The notes below the pieces were generated by a model. The model was given only the letters and a program-made list of their open reading frames with translations. It had not been told where the DNA came from and made no database searches. Both the position numbers and the translations under genes were made by a program. Below, one piece after another: positions 50,611 to 63,037 of a DNA stretch of 64,000 nucleotides. How positions within the stretch are numbered: position 1 is the stretch's first letter; each line of letters starts with the position of its first letter. Source of the DNA: Felis catus (taxonomy: Eukaryota); the NCBI RefSeq assembly GCF_018350175.1, contig NC_058368.1:62126001-62190000 (forward strand), given 5' to 3'.

Positions 50611-53600
50611 TTGCATATATCTTTTTATACTTCTACAGTTGCAAATAAAAAATAATGGTATATATCAATGTACACAGTAAAATCCCCTTACAATTCTTAC
50701 AGATCACCACCCACTTTTGCTGCTGTGGAAGATGTCACTCTAGGAATGCACCCTTGGATTCTATCCACAGAGCAGAGCAAAAATAATTATGCTTTTGAGA
50801 GTCAGAAGAATTGGGGATCTTTGTTGAACCAGAAACACCTCCTGGCTCAGGAAGAAGCCTGAGTTCCACCTTGAACGCAATTCGGAGAAACAGAGTGCTC
50901 AAAACACTTGTGTTGTTTTTTATAGCAATTGCTATTTTCTCAAGATCATTCCTGTCGGGTACCCTCCAAACTCTCTAACGATTGTGACAAGAACTCTCTC
51001 TGACTGTAAAATTCATTAAGTCTCCAGTTATTTCTGGACTTCTGGAATGACCAGTTTGATATTCCAGATGTTAGCATCTATTCCTCACAATACCTACCAC
51101 TCACACATGAAAGTATGTACAAGTCGAGTGAGAAAAGGAATTTTCTTCTCTCCCCTCTCAAAGCATCATGATTGCAGGTGTTATAATAGGTGCTGTGTAG
51201 AAAGACAGTGCATATTGTCTCGGGATGCAGAGGGAAGACGTATAGCAGAGCCATTGTGCCCTCAGCCAGGTAAAAAATGCTTTCAATCACAGGCTCAGAC
51301 ACAGAACATAAGAGAAGGTCAGGTATATTCTCTTGCAGTTCACTCCGTATTTTATAGAAATTCAGGTTTTAGGTTTTTAAATATATCACTCATAATCTAA
51401 ATGCCCCTTCCCTTTCTTATCTTATTGACACAATAATAAAGAGAAAAAAAATAATATGTTTCTTATCTTGCTCCTGAATGGCTTAATAATTATTGTTATT
51501 CATAAAAACTGATAGTCTAAGAAACCAGTCTGCAAATCTTATTTGTATTACTTTATAATCATTCATCTGAATAAACAGGTGTGAGCTAGTGCAAAAGAAA
51601 AATAAAACTTAGAAATTGTCACTCTCTCTTCCCACTGTCACTAATCTCAAAAGAATATTACAAATTCACATCTCACAAATATATATTTCTTAGAAAATAT
51701 AGGTACCTATTCATTTGCATGACAGTTGTTTTGGTTCAGATTTGTGTTTGGAGTATGTGTTCATTTGTATTTTCATGATAAAATTCCCTTCAGTTCATGA
51801 TGGGAAAATTCATTTGACACAGTGGTAGTATTTAAATTACAGAATTTGTATTATAAATTATTAAGGATGGATTCAGCCTCAGTGTTCTTAGAGTTACATC
51901 ACTCAGAATGATTTTATTCAAGAATCTCACTTTGAATGATTGGTTAAACTTGATGATTTTGATAATAAAGCATGTTTCAAAAACAGTTAATGGATGAAAT
52001 TTTCCATGATATTTCAAGTTTTTGTCCCAGGTTAGGAATTTTCTAAGATAATCCTTGGTATTTTAAGACTGATTGTATACATCCTATCTTGCAATGAAAG
52101 GGAAGGTGAAATAATCAATATACTTTTGAATGTGTTCATTTAATATACTTATTTTGCAAAATTTTACCAACATATTTCCTGTGATCTTCATTTTATGTGT
52201 GAAAAATATAATTATAGTTATTTTTGTGGTTTAGTAGTTATATTATTGTGTGAATTTACGTTAGTCATTTTATATAACTCATAGGATTAGTAATGTAAGA
52301 AAATATTTTTGTCATATGAAATTGAAAATAAACTTTGAAAATTATTAAAAAACACAATGAGATTTTGAAACTACTGCAGGTAGAAATAAATACATACATG
52401 CATGCTTATATATAGACAGGCATACACACATCACATTCTAATAGGAGTTACTTAACTATCACATGACTTAACAACTGTTCGGAGAATGACCATAGCTGCA
52501 TCATGGTTAATCAGCACCACACTTATGACTAGGAGCATGATTTTTGATTCTCATACAAGTATAATTGTATTTGGAGTATTTTACTGCATCTTCCTCCCTC
52601 CTCATTTAAGAAGAGTAAGATAATGTGTAAGAGCATTAGCAGTTTGGCACTCTGTATGTCAGTGTAGCCCTAAACTGAGGTATCCTTACTGATAACTCAG
52701 AATCATTCCACCTAGGCTTGGCAACATTGTTCAATCTTCCATAATAGTAGTGGTTGCTCCAGAATGTCTCTAATGGAAGAGAATATAATTGAAAGGGGCA
52801 AAAGGCCAAGGGAAGTGGTTTGCATGAAAGCATGATTTCAATTTGGACTACGCATGTTGGAGTATTATGGTGGGGAGAGGAAACAAAAAAAAAAAAAATC
52901 AAATGTTGATTAAATCACCCTTCAAGAGGTGATCTAAAAATAAACCCTCTCCATTAGCTAGTCCTGCTGCTAGGTGATTACTTCACATTCTAAAACAGTT
53001 ATGTTTTCAGGCTGACTTTTAGAAGCCTCCTCATTTGTAACATTCTCTATTCTCAGTGAATTGATTTTTTTTTTTTGCAGGTCTTTTCACAACAAGCTGA
53101 TTGTATCAAAGCCTGGGACTGCCTCATTCATTTTTATATTGCAGCATGTGGCAAGTTTTAGAGCCTCTGGATATGCTTTCCATTGGATGAAAGATCAAAG
53201 TATAAAATGAAAGAGGAAGAAGAAACATAATAATAGATGCTACCACTCATGCAAAAAAGTAGCTTTTTAGCAGTCATCTAATTATTAACTTAAAATAATA
53301 CATACTACTTTTCATATTTATTACAATAAATACTTATAAAATTTGGAAATTTCAATGGAATACTAAAAGGAGCTAAAAGAACACTTATACTCTTTTCACA
53401 TATAAATACCAAATTTGAAAATATATCTTAAAAATAATGCTGTATCCTATATTTCTCTCTCAATTGATTCTTCTTTATAAAAATTAAGCACACTACATAT
53501 TTCTTTGGATCATCTATAGAGGGGATGTGTGAGGAAACAAACCAGAATATCAAAAATATTAGATAACCAGTACAACAAGTTAAAATTTTTGATTTGGGGT

Positions 53601-54092
53601 AATTAAGTCTTAAAAATAAAATATGTCCCCTGATCTTGAATAATTCTTCCATGGCTACTCTGCCAGCTAAGCCTTCCCTTTGTTCCTGCAGGCCCCGGGC
53701 AAACAATCTGTGTCTTCTTTTCTCCTCAGCCCGCAACCCATCCTGCTCCCACCTGGCCTCCTGTTTTGCTCAAGCCTGCAGCAGACTAGAATCTGTGTCC
53801 TCAGCTTGTCTATTTTTTATTAGTTCGTAAAGATAACAAAGAGTCTATTTTAGTTTAAAGCAGTTTACTATTCATTCTAGCCAGGAGATAGGGGAAAGAA
53901 ACACAAACTAGGTTAAAATATAAGCGATATAGAGGGAAATTTTAAAGGGCCCTGATATCTAACAAAACTCTCATTGCTTCTTTCTGTAGCTTTTAGTCCC
54001 TGCCTCATTTTTATAGGCAGTGTCCTGAAAGTTTCAAAGATTTCTTGATGCCATTCGACAATAGGTTCAAATTTTTTTCTCCCTTGTCAGTA

Positions 54093-54687
54093 CCTCGCAG
54101 GCAGAATTCTAAAGCTGTTCCTCTCCCTGGAAGACTGCTTTGTCTTTGTTCCATCAAACGTGAGTCTAGATACTGTCGGGAGTGGCTTTGTAGATGAGAT
54201 TATGGCTACTAGTCAGCTGACAGTAATATAGGGAAATTATTTTCAATAATCTAAGTGGACCCAGTTCAATCACAAGGGCCTTGAAAAAGCAGACAGGAGC
54301 CAGAAGAGTCCGCTCAAGATGCAACTACAGAAGTCAGGAGAGAGGACACAGGAGAGGAAGATGCGGTTGGTGAAGGGGGCGCTTGGGAAACATGAGAAGA
54401 AAATCATGTTTCTGAAGCAAACAGCAGTGGAAGTGGAAACCTCAGTCCTATAACTGCACAACAATCTGGTCAACAACTTGAATGAGCCTCGGGACAGATT
54501 CTTTCCAGCATCTTATGATAGGAACACAGCCAGCTGATACCTTGATTCCAGCTGTGAAACTCAGAGCAGAGAAACCAGCTATGCCAACCTGGAAGTCTCA
54601 CTATTCAACTATGAGACAATTCATCTGTGTTATTTGAAGCCACCAAGGTTGTACTTTTTTTAATGGCAGCAATGGAAATCAAATACA
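54093..54687 (+). mobile_element. MaLR LTR (MLT1E-like)
   Basis: gcaggcagaattctaa...tagtcagctgac...ggcagcaatggaaatcaaataca. Confidence 0.8.
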
Positions 54688-54761
54688 AGTACCTAAGTCC
54701 TTTACTTAATTCCCTGTAAACTACGTGAGCCTGTTCATCATGAATTCTTAAGTATTACAAA

Positions 54762-54762
<1 letters not shown>

Positions 54763-54793
<31 letters not shown>
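54763..54793. repeat. (CA)n microsatellite
   Basis: Direct reading. Confidence 0.95.
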
Positions 54794-54797
<4 letters not shown>

Positions 54798-54869
54798 ACT
54801 AGAAACATTTAAGTTAGAATTTGTAGATTCAAATATAATTGTTCATTTATGCAACAAGATAGGAGGTTG

Positions 54870-54883
54870 CCAGCAGATGGCAC
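54870..54883 (+). promoter_or_regulatory. Candidate CTCF core motif
   Basis: CCAGCAGATGGCAC fits CCASYAGRKGGCRS at all 14 positions. Confidence 0.4.
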
Positions 54884-55087
54884 AGACTTGTTTCAAGACG
54901 ACAGATGCACATTTTTTAATACTCAGTTTTTATCTTATTTTTAATTAGAAAGTGACACTTCAGACTGAAATTCCTAGAAACCCCCATTAAGTCAAGGACG
55001 AAAAGAAAGAAAGGAACTGGAAAACTGGAAAAGCAATGGCAAATTTGTTGCAAAATAACAATTAACTCAGTACAACATGATTTTGAG

Positions 55088-55088
<1 letters not shown>

Positions 55089-55121
<33 letters not shown>
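55089..55121. repeat. (TG)n microsatellite
   Basis: Direct reading. Confidence 0.95.
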
Positions 55122-55125
<4 letters not shown>

Positions 55126-55169
55126 GGTAAAGGAAAACCTTAAAAAGAAAAAGATCAGATTCTAAAAGC

Positions 55170-55800
55170 CCTTCAATCCTTTATCCAACCAACTAAGCAC
55201 ATACTGTGTGAGTCACTGGAAATTCAATAGGAAGCAGGAGAGTCCTGGTGTCTGTGTTGTAGAGCATTCGGTCCAGTGGGGAACCTTAAGTTCAATCACA
55301 GTCACTCCAGTGTATGCAGTCTAGGCAAGGCCCTGCCAACCAATTCCAGGCATTTAATTTTCTCCTACAAACAACAGGTAGCAATCACACAATTCAACTT
55401 CATGTCTTAAGATTTTCTGTTGGGAAGAGAAGGGAAATGACCAGATTATGTTTTGGAAAAAATCACTCTGATGACCATAAGGTTAAATGACTGAGGGAAG
55501 GTGAGTCTGATGGCAGGAAGACTACAAAATTTCTTATGGTAAATAAGCAAGAGATGAGACAAAAATTAAACATAAAATTCAATGAGAGATAAAATAAGGG
55601 ATGAATTCAGCAAATATTCAAGAAAAATATAATAACTGATTTAGAAGATTATTGGATGTGGGGAAAAGAGAATACAGGATGATTATTAGGGATGCTTTTG
55701 AGCAAGTTGCTTCCATCAACTGAGATATATAGAAGAATCCATAAGAATATTAAAATTAAACATGACATTTTTTCTGATTGAAGTTCCTATAGGGCACGAA
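55170..55800 (-). mobile_element. L2 remnants
   Basis: ttatccaaccaactaagcacatactgtgt...aaaaatcactctg...ggcaggaagacta...attggatgtggg. Confidence 0.55.
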
Positions 55801-55823
55801 AATACCAAAGTCAAATAGTCAGA

Positions 55824-56269
55824 TGTGGTAAGACAATTAACGATCCCCCCCAAAACATCTGTGTCCTAACCCCCAGAACACGTGAGAAGGTTAATTTATA
55901 CAGTAAAAAAAAGATTCTGGAGATGGGATTATGTTAAAGATCTTGAGATGGGGAGCTAATCCTGAATTATATGAGTAGTCCTGATAGAATCAGAAGGATC
56001 CTTCTAAGAGGGAGGCAGGGGGTCAAAGTGAATAGTAACACAAGTGAAGACCAGAGCAAAAGACTGGTGTAATGTGAGGAAGGAGCCATAAGTCCAAGAA
56101 TGCAAACAGCTTCTAAAGATTGTTCCAGAAGGAAGTAGCTGTGCCAACACCCTGACTGTATCCCTGTGAGACTGATTTTGCTCTTCTGACCTCTAAAAAT
56201 ATAAGGCAATAAATTTTAAACCGCTAAGTCTGTGGTAATTTCTTACAATAGCAACAGGAAATTAATACA
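55824..56269 (+). mobile_element. MaLR solo LTR (MLT1D-like)
   Basis: tgtggtaagacaattaacg...gatcttgagatggggag...aataaa...gcaacaggaaattaataca. Confidence 0.88.
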
Positions 56270-57129
56270 GCACATGTATACGTATGTGTGAACGTGAGCG
56301 TAGAACTAAGAGATAAGAGTGACTCCCTATCTCAGTTGCCCTGAAACCCCACCAGCAAATCTCCATCACAAGTGTGGTAATGTACTTTGAGATATGAATT
56401 TCTGTTCTACCAAATGCCTCTGACTTACAAGCAGTAAGTCTTCTCTTAGTTTCCTTCTTCCCCATGACACCCTTCTCTCTAGGCTAAACAACAAAAACAA
56501 AATCAAATCAAAACAAAACAAACCAACAAAAAACAGAAGTTACTTGAATTCAGCTGTTTTTTTTTCTTCCATAAACCTGAATTCATTCAAGTGATTATGC
56601 TAAGCTGATATGCACGAATGGGGACACTGTGCAGGACAGGAAATACAGAGCCTCAAGGATGACAGGTAGGAGACTGTGGTTCCACAGCTGTGGAAAGTGT
56701 CCAAGAATGTTGGAAGCATTCACACAGTTCTCTGAAGCATCTTGAGGAAGGAACAATGGCCCATAGGGAAAGGCTATGTGGTGTATCTCTGGAGAGGCTG
56801 GAGCCAGAATTTTGAGGCTTGGCAGTTTCCCAACCACTGTATATAGTGTAAACACAAGATTTCAAGGCTCCATGTGGGCTGGTGGTGCTTATAAAGGACT
56901 AGGGATTTGTAACTCCTTTTTTTTCTGTAAAACATATACACTTTCCAGACTTTATGCAAGTAAAGGGAGAGTATGTGAATCATAGGAATATCTGAGATTA
57001 CATTTTTTCCCCTGCTACCTATTGGGATAGGGACTAGAAGCTGGATTTATGGTTAGTTTTAAAATATTGAAAATATAATAATTCATGCATGCCTTTCTTC
57101 TGAAATAAGGTTGTTTGCATATGGAACAG

Positions 57130-57870
57130 AAATAATGTATGAATTATTAAAATTAATAGAGTTCAGCAGGTTGACAGAGGATAACTGCATAAATCCATTG
57201 AATTTCTACATACTAGCAATACAACATCTTACTTAAACAATTGCTTATAAAATTGTTTTACAAATACTTAAAATTTACCAAGATAAAAAAGTGGGATACG
57301 AGATAGTGAGTTTTACAAGCAGTGAATAATTTATGTTTACAAAGAAATAAAATTCATTAAAAGACATTAAATCAATGTAGATATAATATTGATGTATAAG
57401 GAAACTCTGTATCTTAAAAAGATAACCATTCTCTCCAAATTGACCTTCTAACTTAATGAAATTTCGGTACAAATTCCAAAATTGGTCTTCATGCAACTTA
57501 AAACACATAGGGAGATACAAAGAGCCACTAAGGGTCAAAATGTGTTTCTGAAAATTATCTACATGAGGTAATTTGCTATGCAGATATTATGATTAACTGT
57601 AAAGCTATACAATAACACAGATTGATATAAGGATTCATAATTAGTACAATAAAATAGAATAGACAGTAAATAGATCCAGACATATATAAAAACTTTATTT
57701 ATGGCAGTGGTGGTTTATCACTGGGGAACAATAAATCAATCAACCAGTGATCAGTAGATGACTGACTTATTTACTTGCGAAAAGAAATGAAAAGGCAATT
57801 CCCGCCTCACATCACATACATACCAAAACATGATTCAAGATAGATTAATTACTTAAATATAAAGCAACAT
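57130..57870 (+). mobile_element. Ancient L1 (L1ME-like) ORF2 remnant
   Basis: aaatccattgaatttctacatactagcaa, attctctccaaattgac; degenerate late ORF2. Confidence 0.6.
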
Positions 57871-57884
57871 TAAAATATTTTTTT

Positions 57885-58080
57885 AACTTTAAAAAAATTG
57901 TTTATTTATTTTCAAGAGCGGGGGAGGGAGACAGAGAGAGACTGTGGCAGAGAGAGGGAGACAGAGGATCCAAAGCAGGCTCTGTGCTGCAAGCATAGAG
58001 CCCAATGCAGGTCTCAAACTCACAACTGGAGCTGAAATTAAGAGTCGGATGCTTAACCGACTGATCCACCCAGGGATCCC
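57885..58080 (-). mobile_element. CanSINE
   Basis: TSD taaaatattttttt at 57871-57884 and 58081-58094. Confidence 0.92.
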
Positions 58081-58194
58081 TAAAATATTTTTTTTAATTT
58101 AAGAGAATATGTATATGTTCTTAGGATAGGAAAGCATTTCTTAAATAGAACACAAAAGTAAAATCATAAAGGTGGCTGCATTAATATGAAGAAC

Positions 58195-58850
58195 TTATGT
58201 TACTTGATCTAATCTCCATCAAAATCCCAGCACATTATTTTATGGATACCGACAAAGCTATTCTAAAGTGTGTATGGAGAGGCAAGACAGCCAGAATAGC
58301 CAACACAATATTGAAACAGAAAAACAAAGTTGGAGGACTGACCTTACTTGACTTCAAGACTTACTATGAAGCTACAGTAATCAAGACAATGTGATACTGG
58401 CAAAATAGAAAATAGGAAAATGGAACAGAACGGAGAGCCCAGAAATAGAGTACTGTAAGTATAGTCAGCTGACCTTCAACAAAGAATCAAAGGCAATACA
58501 ATGGAACAAATAGTCACTCCAGCAAATACTCACCAACTGGACATCAACATGCGAAAAAATGAATCAAGATACAAGCCTTTATACCCTTCACAAAAATTAA
58601 TTCAAAATGAGCTTGGATGTAAAGGTAAAATGTAACACCAAAAGTGAACGCTACGGTAAATTATGAACTTGGGGTGATTGTGATATGTCAATGAGAGTTG
58701 ATCCTCAGTAGCAAATGTACCTCTCTGGTGGCGATAATGGGGGAGCCTATGCATGCCTGGGATCACGGAGTATATATGAAATCTCCGTACTGTTCTCTTA
58801 ATTTTGTTATAAATCTAAAACTGCTTTCAAAAAAGAAAGTCTTAAAAAAT
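58195..58850 (+). mobile_element. L1MC/L1MD-like ORF2 fragment fused to 3' end
   Basis: ORF 58197-58394 ARIANTILKQKNKVGGLTLLDFKTYYEATVIKT is L1 ORF2; jumps to the 3'UTR (aaaagtgaacgcta) at ~58636. Confidence 0.8.
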
Positions 58851-59196
58851 CTTGTGTGAAGAGAGCATGAACAGTTCAACTAAAACTCAGATAACAATAA
58901 TAATAATATGCATAAATTAAAAATGAAAAATAATCTGGAATACCTTAGTAATTAAAAGAAGAAAAGAAACAAACATGCCAGTAAAAATATGCAGAAGATA
59001 ATGTGGTACACACAGAAGAGGAAACACAAATGATAATAAATATTTGAAAATATGCTATAATTCATCAGTAAGAATAATTATTAAATATAGCAAAAATTAA
59101 ATTCAGACAACCTCTAGTATTGGGTCAGGCAAACAGACTGGTCCCTTGTCTACTGTTAGTTGAAATATTTATTGAAAACCATTTTCCATTTTTAAT

Positions 59197-59356
59197 GATA
59201 TTTCCTTGACTCTATTGTGCATAATTTTCATATTTAGTGAGTCTTAACAAATGATTCAGTGTTATTCAGCAGACTATTTTTAAATTTCTTAGTGTTACAT
59301 AAAATAATGATGCATCTTAAAAGCAGTGGCATCTTAAGATTTGGAAAAAAATATGG
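59197..59356. mobile_element. TcMar-Tc2 MITE remnant (MER104-like)
   Basis: tatttccttgactcta ... gatgcatctta...tggcatcttaagatttggaaaaaaatatgg resembles the recalled MER104 termini. Confidence 0.5.
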
Positions 59357-59446
59357 CAATTGATCTGAAGATACATAAATTGTACATTACAGAGTTTCTG
59401 CTTCCAGTTTCATAGCCTAGTTAAATTTTTGCACATACCATTTTTT

Positions 59447-59664
59447 TTTTAATTTTTTTTTCAACGTTTATTTATTTTTGGGACAGAGAGAGACAGAGCA
59501 TGAGCGGGGGAGGGGCAGAGAGAGAGGGAGACACAGAATTGGAAACAGGCTCCAGGCTCTGAGCCATCAGCCCAGAGCCCGACGCGGGGCTCGAACTCAC
59601 GGACCGCGAGATCGTGACCTGGCTGAAGTCGGACGCTTAACCAACTGCGCCACCCAGGCGCCCC
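59447..59664 (-). mobile_element. Young SINEC_Fc CanSINE
   Basis: Near-consensus and CpG-rich; TSD cacataccattttt at 59432-59445 and 59667-59680. Confidence 0.97.
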
Positions 59665-60007
59665 AACACATACCATTTTTTCCTAGCTCCATTAGTCATA
59701 TCTGAAAATGCAAGCAGAATAAGATAAATAATCATGACATGGAAGTAAAAAAACACACAAAAAACTGTCTTTCAAGAATGACAGACATCTTATGTTAAAA
59801 TGTGATGGATGTTATCCCTTCATTGTAGTAAGCCTTGTTTTTCTTTTATGTTTTCATGACTAAATCAATAAATCAGTTATATTTAGTCTAGTAGAGACTC
59901 GGAAAGTGATGCACCTATAGATGGCCTCTTAGTAAATCACTGTCAGTCTGATAAGGATATAATAAATATTTTATAAGAGATAAAACACACAGATGATTAA
60001 ACATTTA

Positions 60008-60210
60008 TTTTTTTAATGTTTATTACTTTTGAGAGAGCGAGATAGACAGCGAGCAAGGGAGAGGCAGAGAGAGGGAGACAGAATCCCAAGCAGACTCTGC
60101 CCTGTCAAAATAGAGCTGAACTTGGGGCTCTAACTCAGGAACCACGAGACCATGACCTGAGCCAAAACCAAGAGTTTGACACTTAACCAACTCAGCCGCC
60201 CAGGTGCCCC
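60008..60210 (-). mobile_element. CanSINE
   Basis: TSD cagat(g/c)attaaa(c/t)attta at 59990-60007 and 60211-60228. Confidence 0.94.
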
Positions 60211-60619
60211 CAGATCATTAAATATTTAAAAACCAATGTATTTTAGTCAGAATAGAAAATAAACTATATTACTAAATATAGATAAAGAAAGGTACAAAGA
60301 ATCCAATAGCTTCTTTTTCACTGGTAAATTTTATGCACGTCATTTTCATACAAAAAGATTGGATTTTTTGTAACTGTGCTCTGTGGTCTCAGAACACAGC
60401 AAAGGGATATTCTTAAGGGCCACCGAAGGAGATAAATGCAGTGTGGAGTGGGCGGGGTGCTAACCCGCTTCAACCACAATAGTTCTTTTTATATTGTACT
60501 TTTATAACTGGAAAAATTTGAGTCATAATTTGTCCACAATCCTATTATTTATATAAGAGATTTTGTAAAATATTAAGATAAAAAAGAAACTTTTTCTTTA
60601 TTCTGTTTCTATTGAATAA

Positions 60620-61110
60620 ATTTCTATAAGGATTCTTTCTATTGCAAAAGGCGGATGGAATGTAATAAAACTTGGCTGGAGCAAATGGAGAATTCACTGA
60701 CTCAATTTAAAATGTTAAGAAATTTGGCCAACTTCAAAGGCAGCACGGTTTTAGGAGCTCATATGGTGCATCAGGAACCAGTGCAAATCCTGATCAGTTC
60801 TACTCTCCTCCTCGTGCTGTCTTACATTTCACACGGATTTTTTCATCATGGCCTCAAGATGACTGTGTTCATTCCAGATCTCACTAATATCCCTCTGGCT
60901 TCTCATTCAATGGAAGAAAGAAACTTCAGAAGTCTCAGAATACTAAACAGTTTTAAAAAAATCAGCTTAGACCTAACTTTCGCTCGTGATTCAGATTGAT
61001 GTTCCTATGAATCTCTACCTCAAGGATAATGTGATTGTACTAACAGTCCAAGATAAGTCGGGGCCCATTCAAAGGAGAGGAGGCCGTAGGCTTCTTCAGA
61101 AGTCAAATGT
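60620..61110 (-). mobile_element. Old MaLR LTR remnant (MLT1K-O-like)
   Basis: ttctttctattgcaaaag...aaaacttggct...ggagaattcactgactca; catggcctcaagatgactg. Confidence 0.4.
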
Positions 61111-61112
61111 GC

Positions 61113-61288
61113 TGTCTGGAAAAGTTGCACAATTTGTGGGGTGCAAAATGAAACTGCAGGGTTCCATGTTAAAAAAAATAGTACGGATTTTAAGACAGCA
61201 ACAACAGAGCATAAAGCCAAGCACGGTGGTCTTCTCAGCATGGAGCCCCGTGCTACTGCACAGGCTATGTGCCCATGAAGCCTTCTTC
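61113..61288 (-). mobile_element. hAT-Tip100 MITE (MER45A-like)
   Basis: gtgcaaaatgaaa...caacagagcataaagccaagcacgg...ctgcacaggctatgtgcccatgaagcc matches the reverse of the recalled MER45A consensus. Confidence 0.8.
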
Positions 61289-62153
61289 TTTAACCAGAAG
61301 TAGGGTAAGTAGATTCTTGGTGGAAAAAATTAGCATATGTCCCATATGGAAACTGAATTCAAACTTTTATTTACCCTTTAACATTTGAATTCCAACTAAG
61401 GTTTCGAGCTTTGGAAAAGTCTTATACTTAAAAAAAAAACTTTACTAATTTAATAATAATAGAAAATGTGAAACACTGTCTTTTCTTTCATAAACTTTAC
61501 ACTTTTATACCTTTGTATCTTACCTTCCATATTTTCTTTTGTGTGTATTCCCATCTGTCCTTCATTTTCACTTGTATATACCAGTCCCTCCTAGTCTCAA
61601 AGAAGCAGAGAAATGCTATCACCTTAATACAGGTTTTCCTTCTTGTTTCCCCTCTGCCTTCATTTCCTCCTTTTCAATACTTAATTATACTTATCTCCTC
61701 TGTTTCTCAAAGCACCTCACATGTTCATTTTGTCACCTGTAAAATTCTTTCCCAGTGACAATTTTCAGTTTTATTTATTTCTGAATCTAACCATAAAGTG
61801 CATAGTGTGGAATTCAGTGACTTGTGCCTAATGGGGCCCAATCAGTATTTCATGAGTGAATGAATATCATATTCTTTCCCACTCTTATGCTTATTCATTC
61901 CCGGCTCTGACTGAATCCTCCCATTTAATTAGATAATATATATCAGAGAACCAGAATAATTCCTGGTACAAGTTAGTTCACAGAACAAAATATAATGTGA
62001 TTTGAATTTGTATGAAAGCATCATTTCTTTAAATGTGCATAGGCATACTAGTCCTAACGTTTAAGATTAAATAAAACCTGTTTCTATAAACATAATTATA
62101 TTGTGTAGTTTTCTAAACTCAGAATTCTTTATCTTCAAATATTTTGTTTCTTA

Positions 62154-62157
<4 letters not shown>

Positions 62158-62185
<28 letters not shown>
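62158..62185. repeat. (TG)n microsatellite
   Basis: Direct reading. Confidence 0.95.
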
Positions 62186-62974
62186 ACTTGCCTTGTGTTA
62201 TCTTAATTATGTTCCAAACTCCATTATATTCAATTTAGGAAAGCATTATACAAACATGAAAAAGACTGACTTCCTGGATGCCTTTATAATTATGTTTCAT
62301 ATACCAGGTTGTCATGACTAATTAATCACTTTTATACCTTAAAATGAACACCAAATTAATGACACCCCATATTCTTAAACAAAATGATATTAGCACAACA
62401 TTATTTTCTGGTTAAAGACCTCACTAGAGTACAAATATGTTTGCATACCTTATCTGTAATTGCAAGTGTCACTGTAGTAGGAAAGCTATTAACGTTATGC
62501 AATGAACATTTAAAGAAATGCTCATAGTCAAAGAGATAATATGAGGCAGATAATTTAATTATTAGTTTGATTGCTTTTTAATCTGAGTCATCAGCCTTCT
62601 GCTTCACTGCTTATCATAATTTGCATTCTTGTGGTGAACTCTAACTAAAATGGCCAAAAAATGCAGTATATTTTCTAAGCAATAAGTCTAACAACATAAA
62701 GAAATGGCCAAGATTAGATTTTATGTTGGTTGGATGTAGCCTTGCCTTAAAAATATATGATTTTACAATTGGAATCACTATGTATGTATGTATGTATGGA
62801 ATCACTATGTATGTCTATCCATGTAAACAACAACAATAACCACGTATATTTACTGCTCAGTTTTTGTTTGGTTAAGAACCCAATTCTTAATATTTTCAGG
62901 AAATTGGATTATAATAATTACTTTGTATTAAATATATTTTTATATGTTTATTTACTATGTTCTACTTTTATTTG

Positions 62975-63037
62975 TTATATGTTTATATATATGTATATAT
63001 ATATATATATGTTTATATATATATAATATATATATAT
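62975..63037. repeat. (TA)n imperfect microsatellite
   Basis: Direct reading. Confidence 0.9.
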
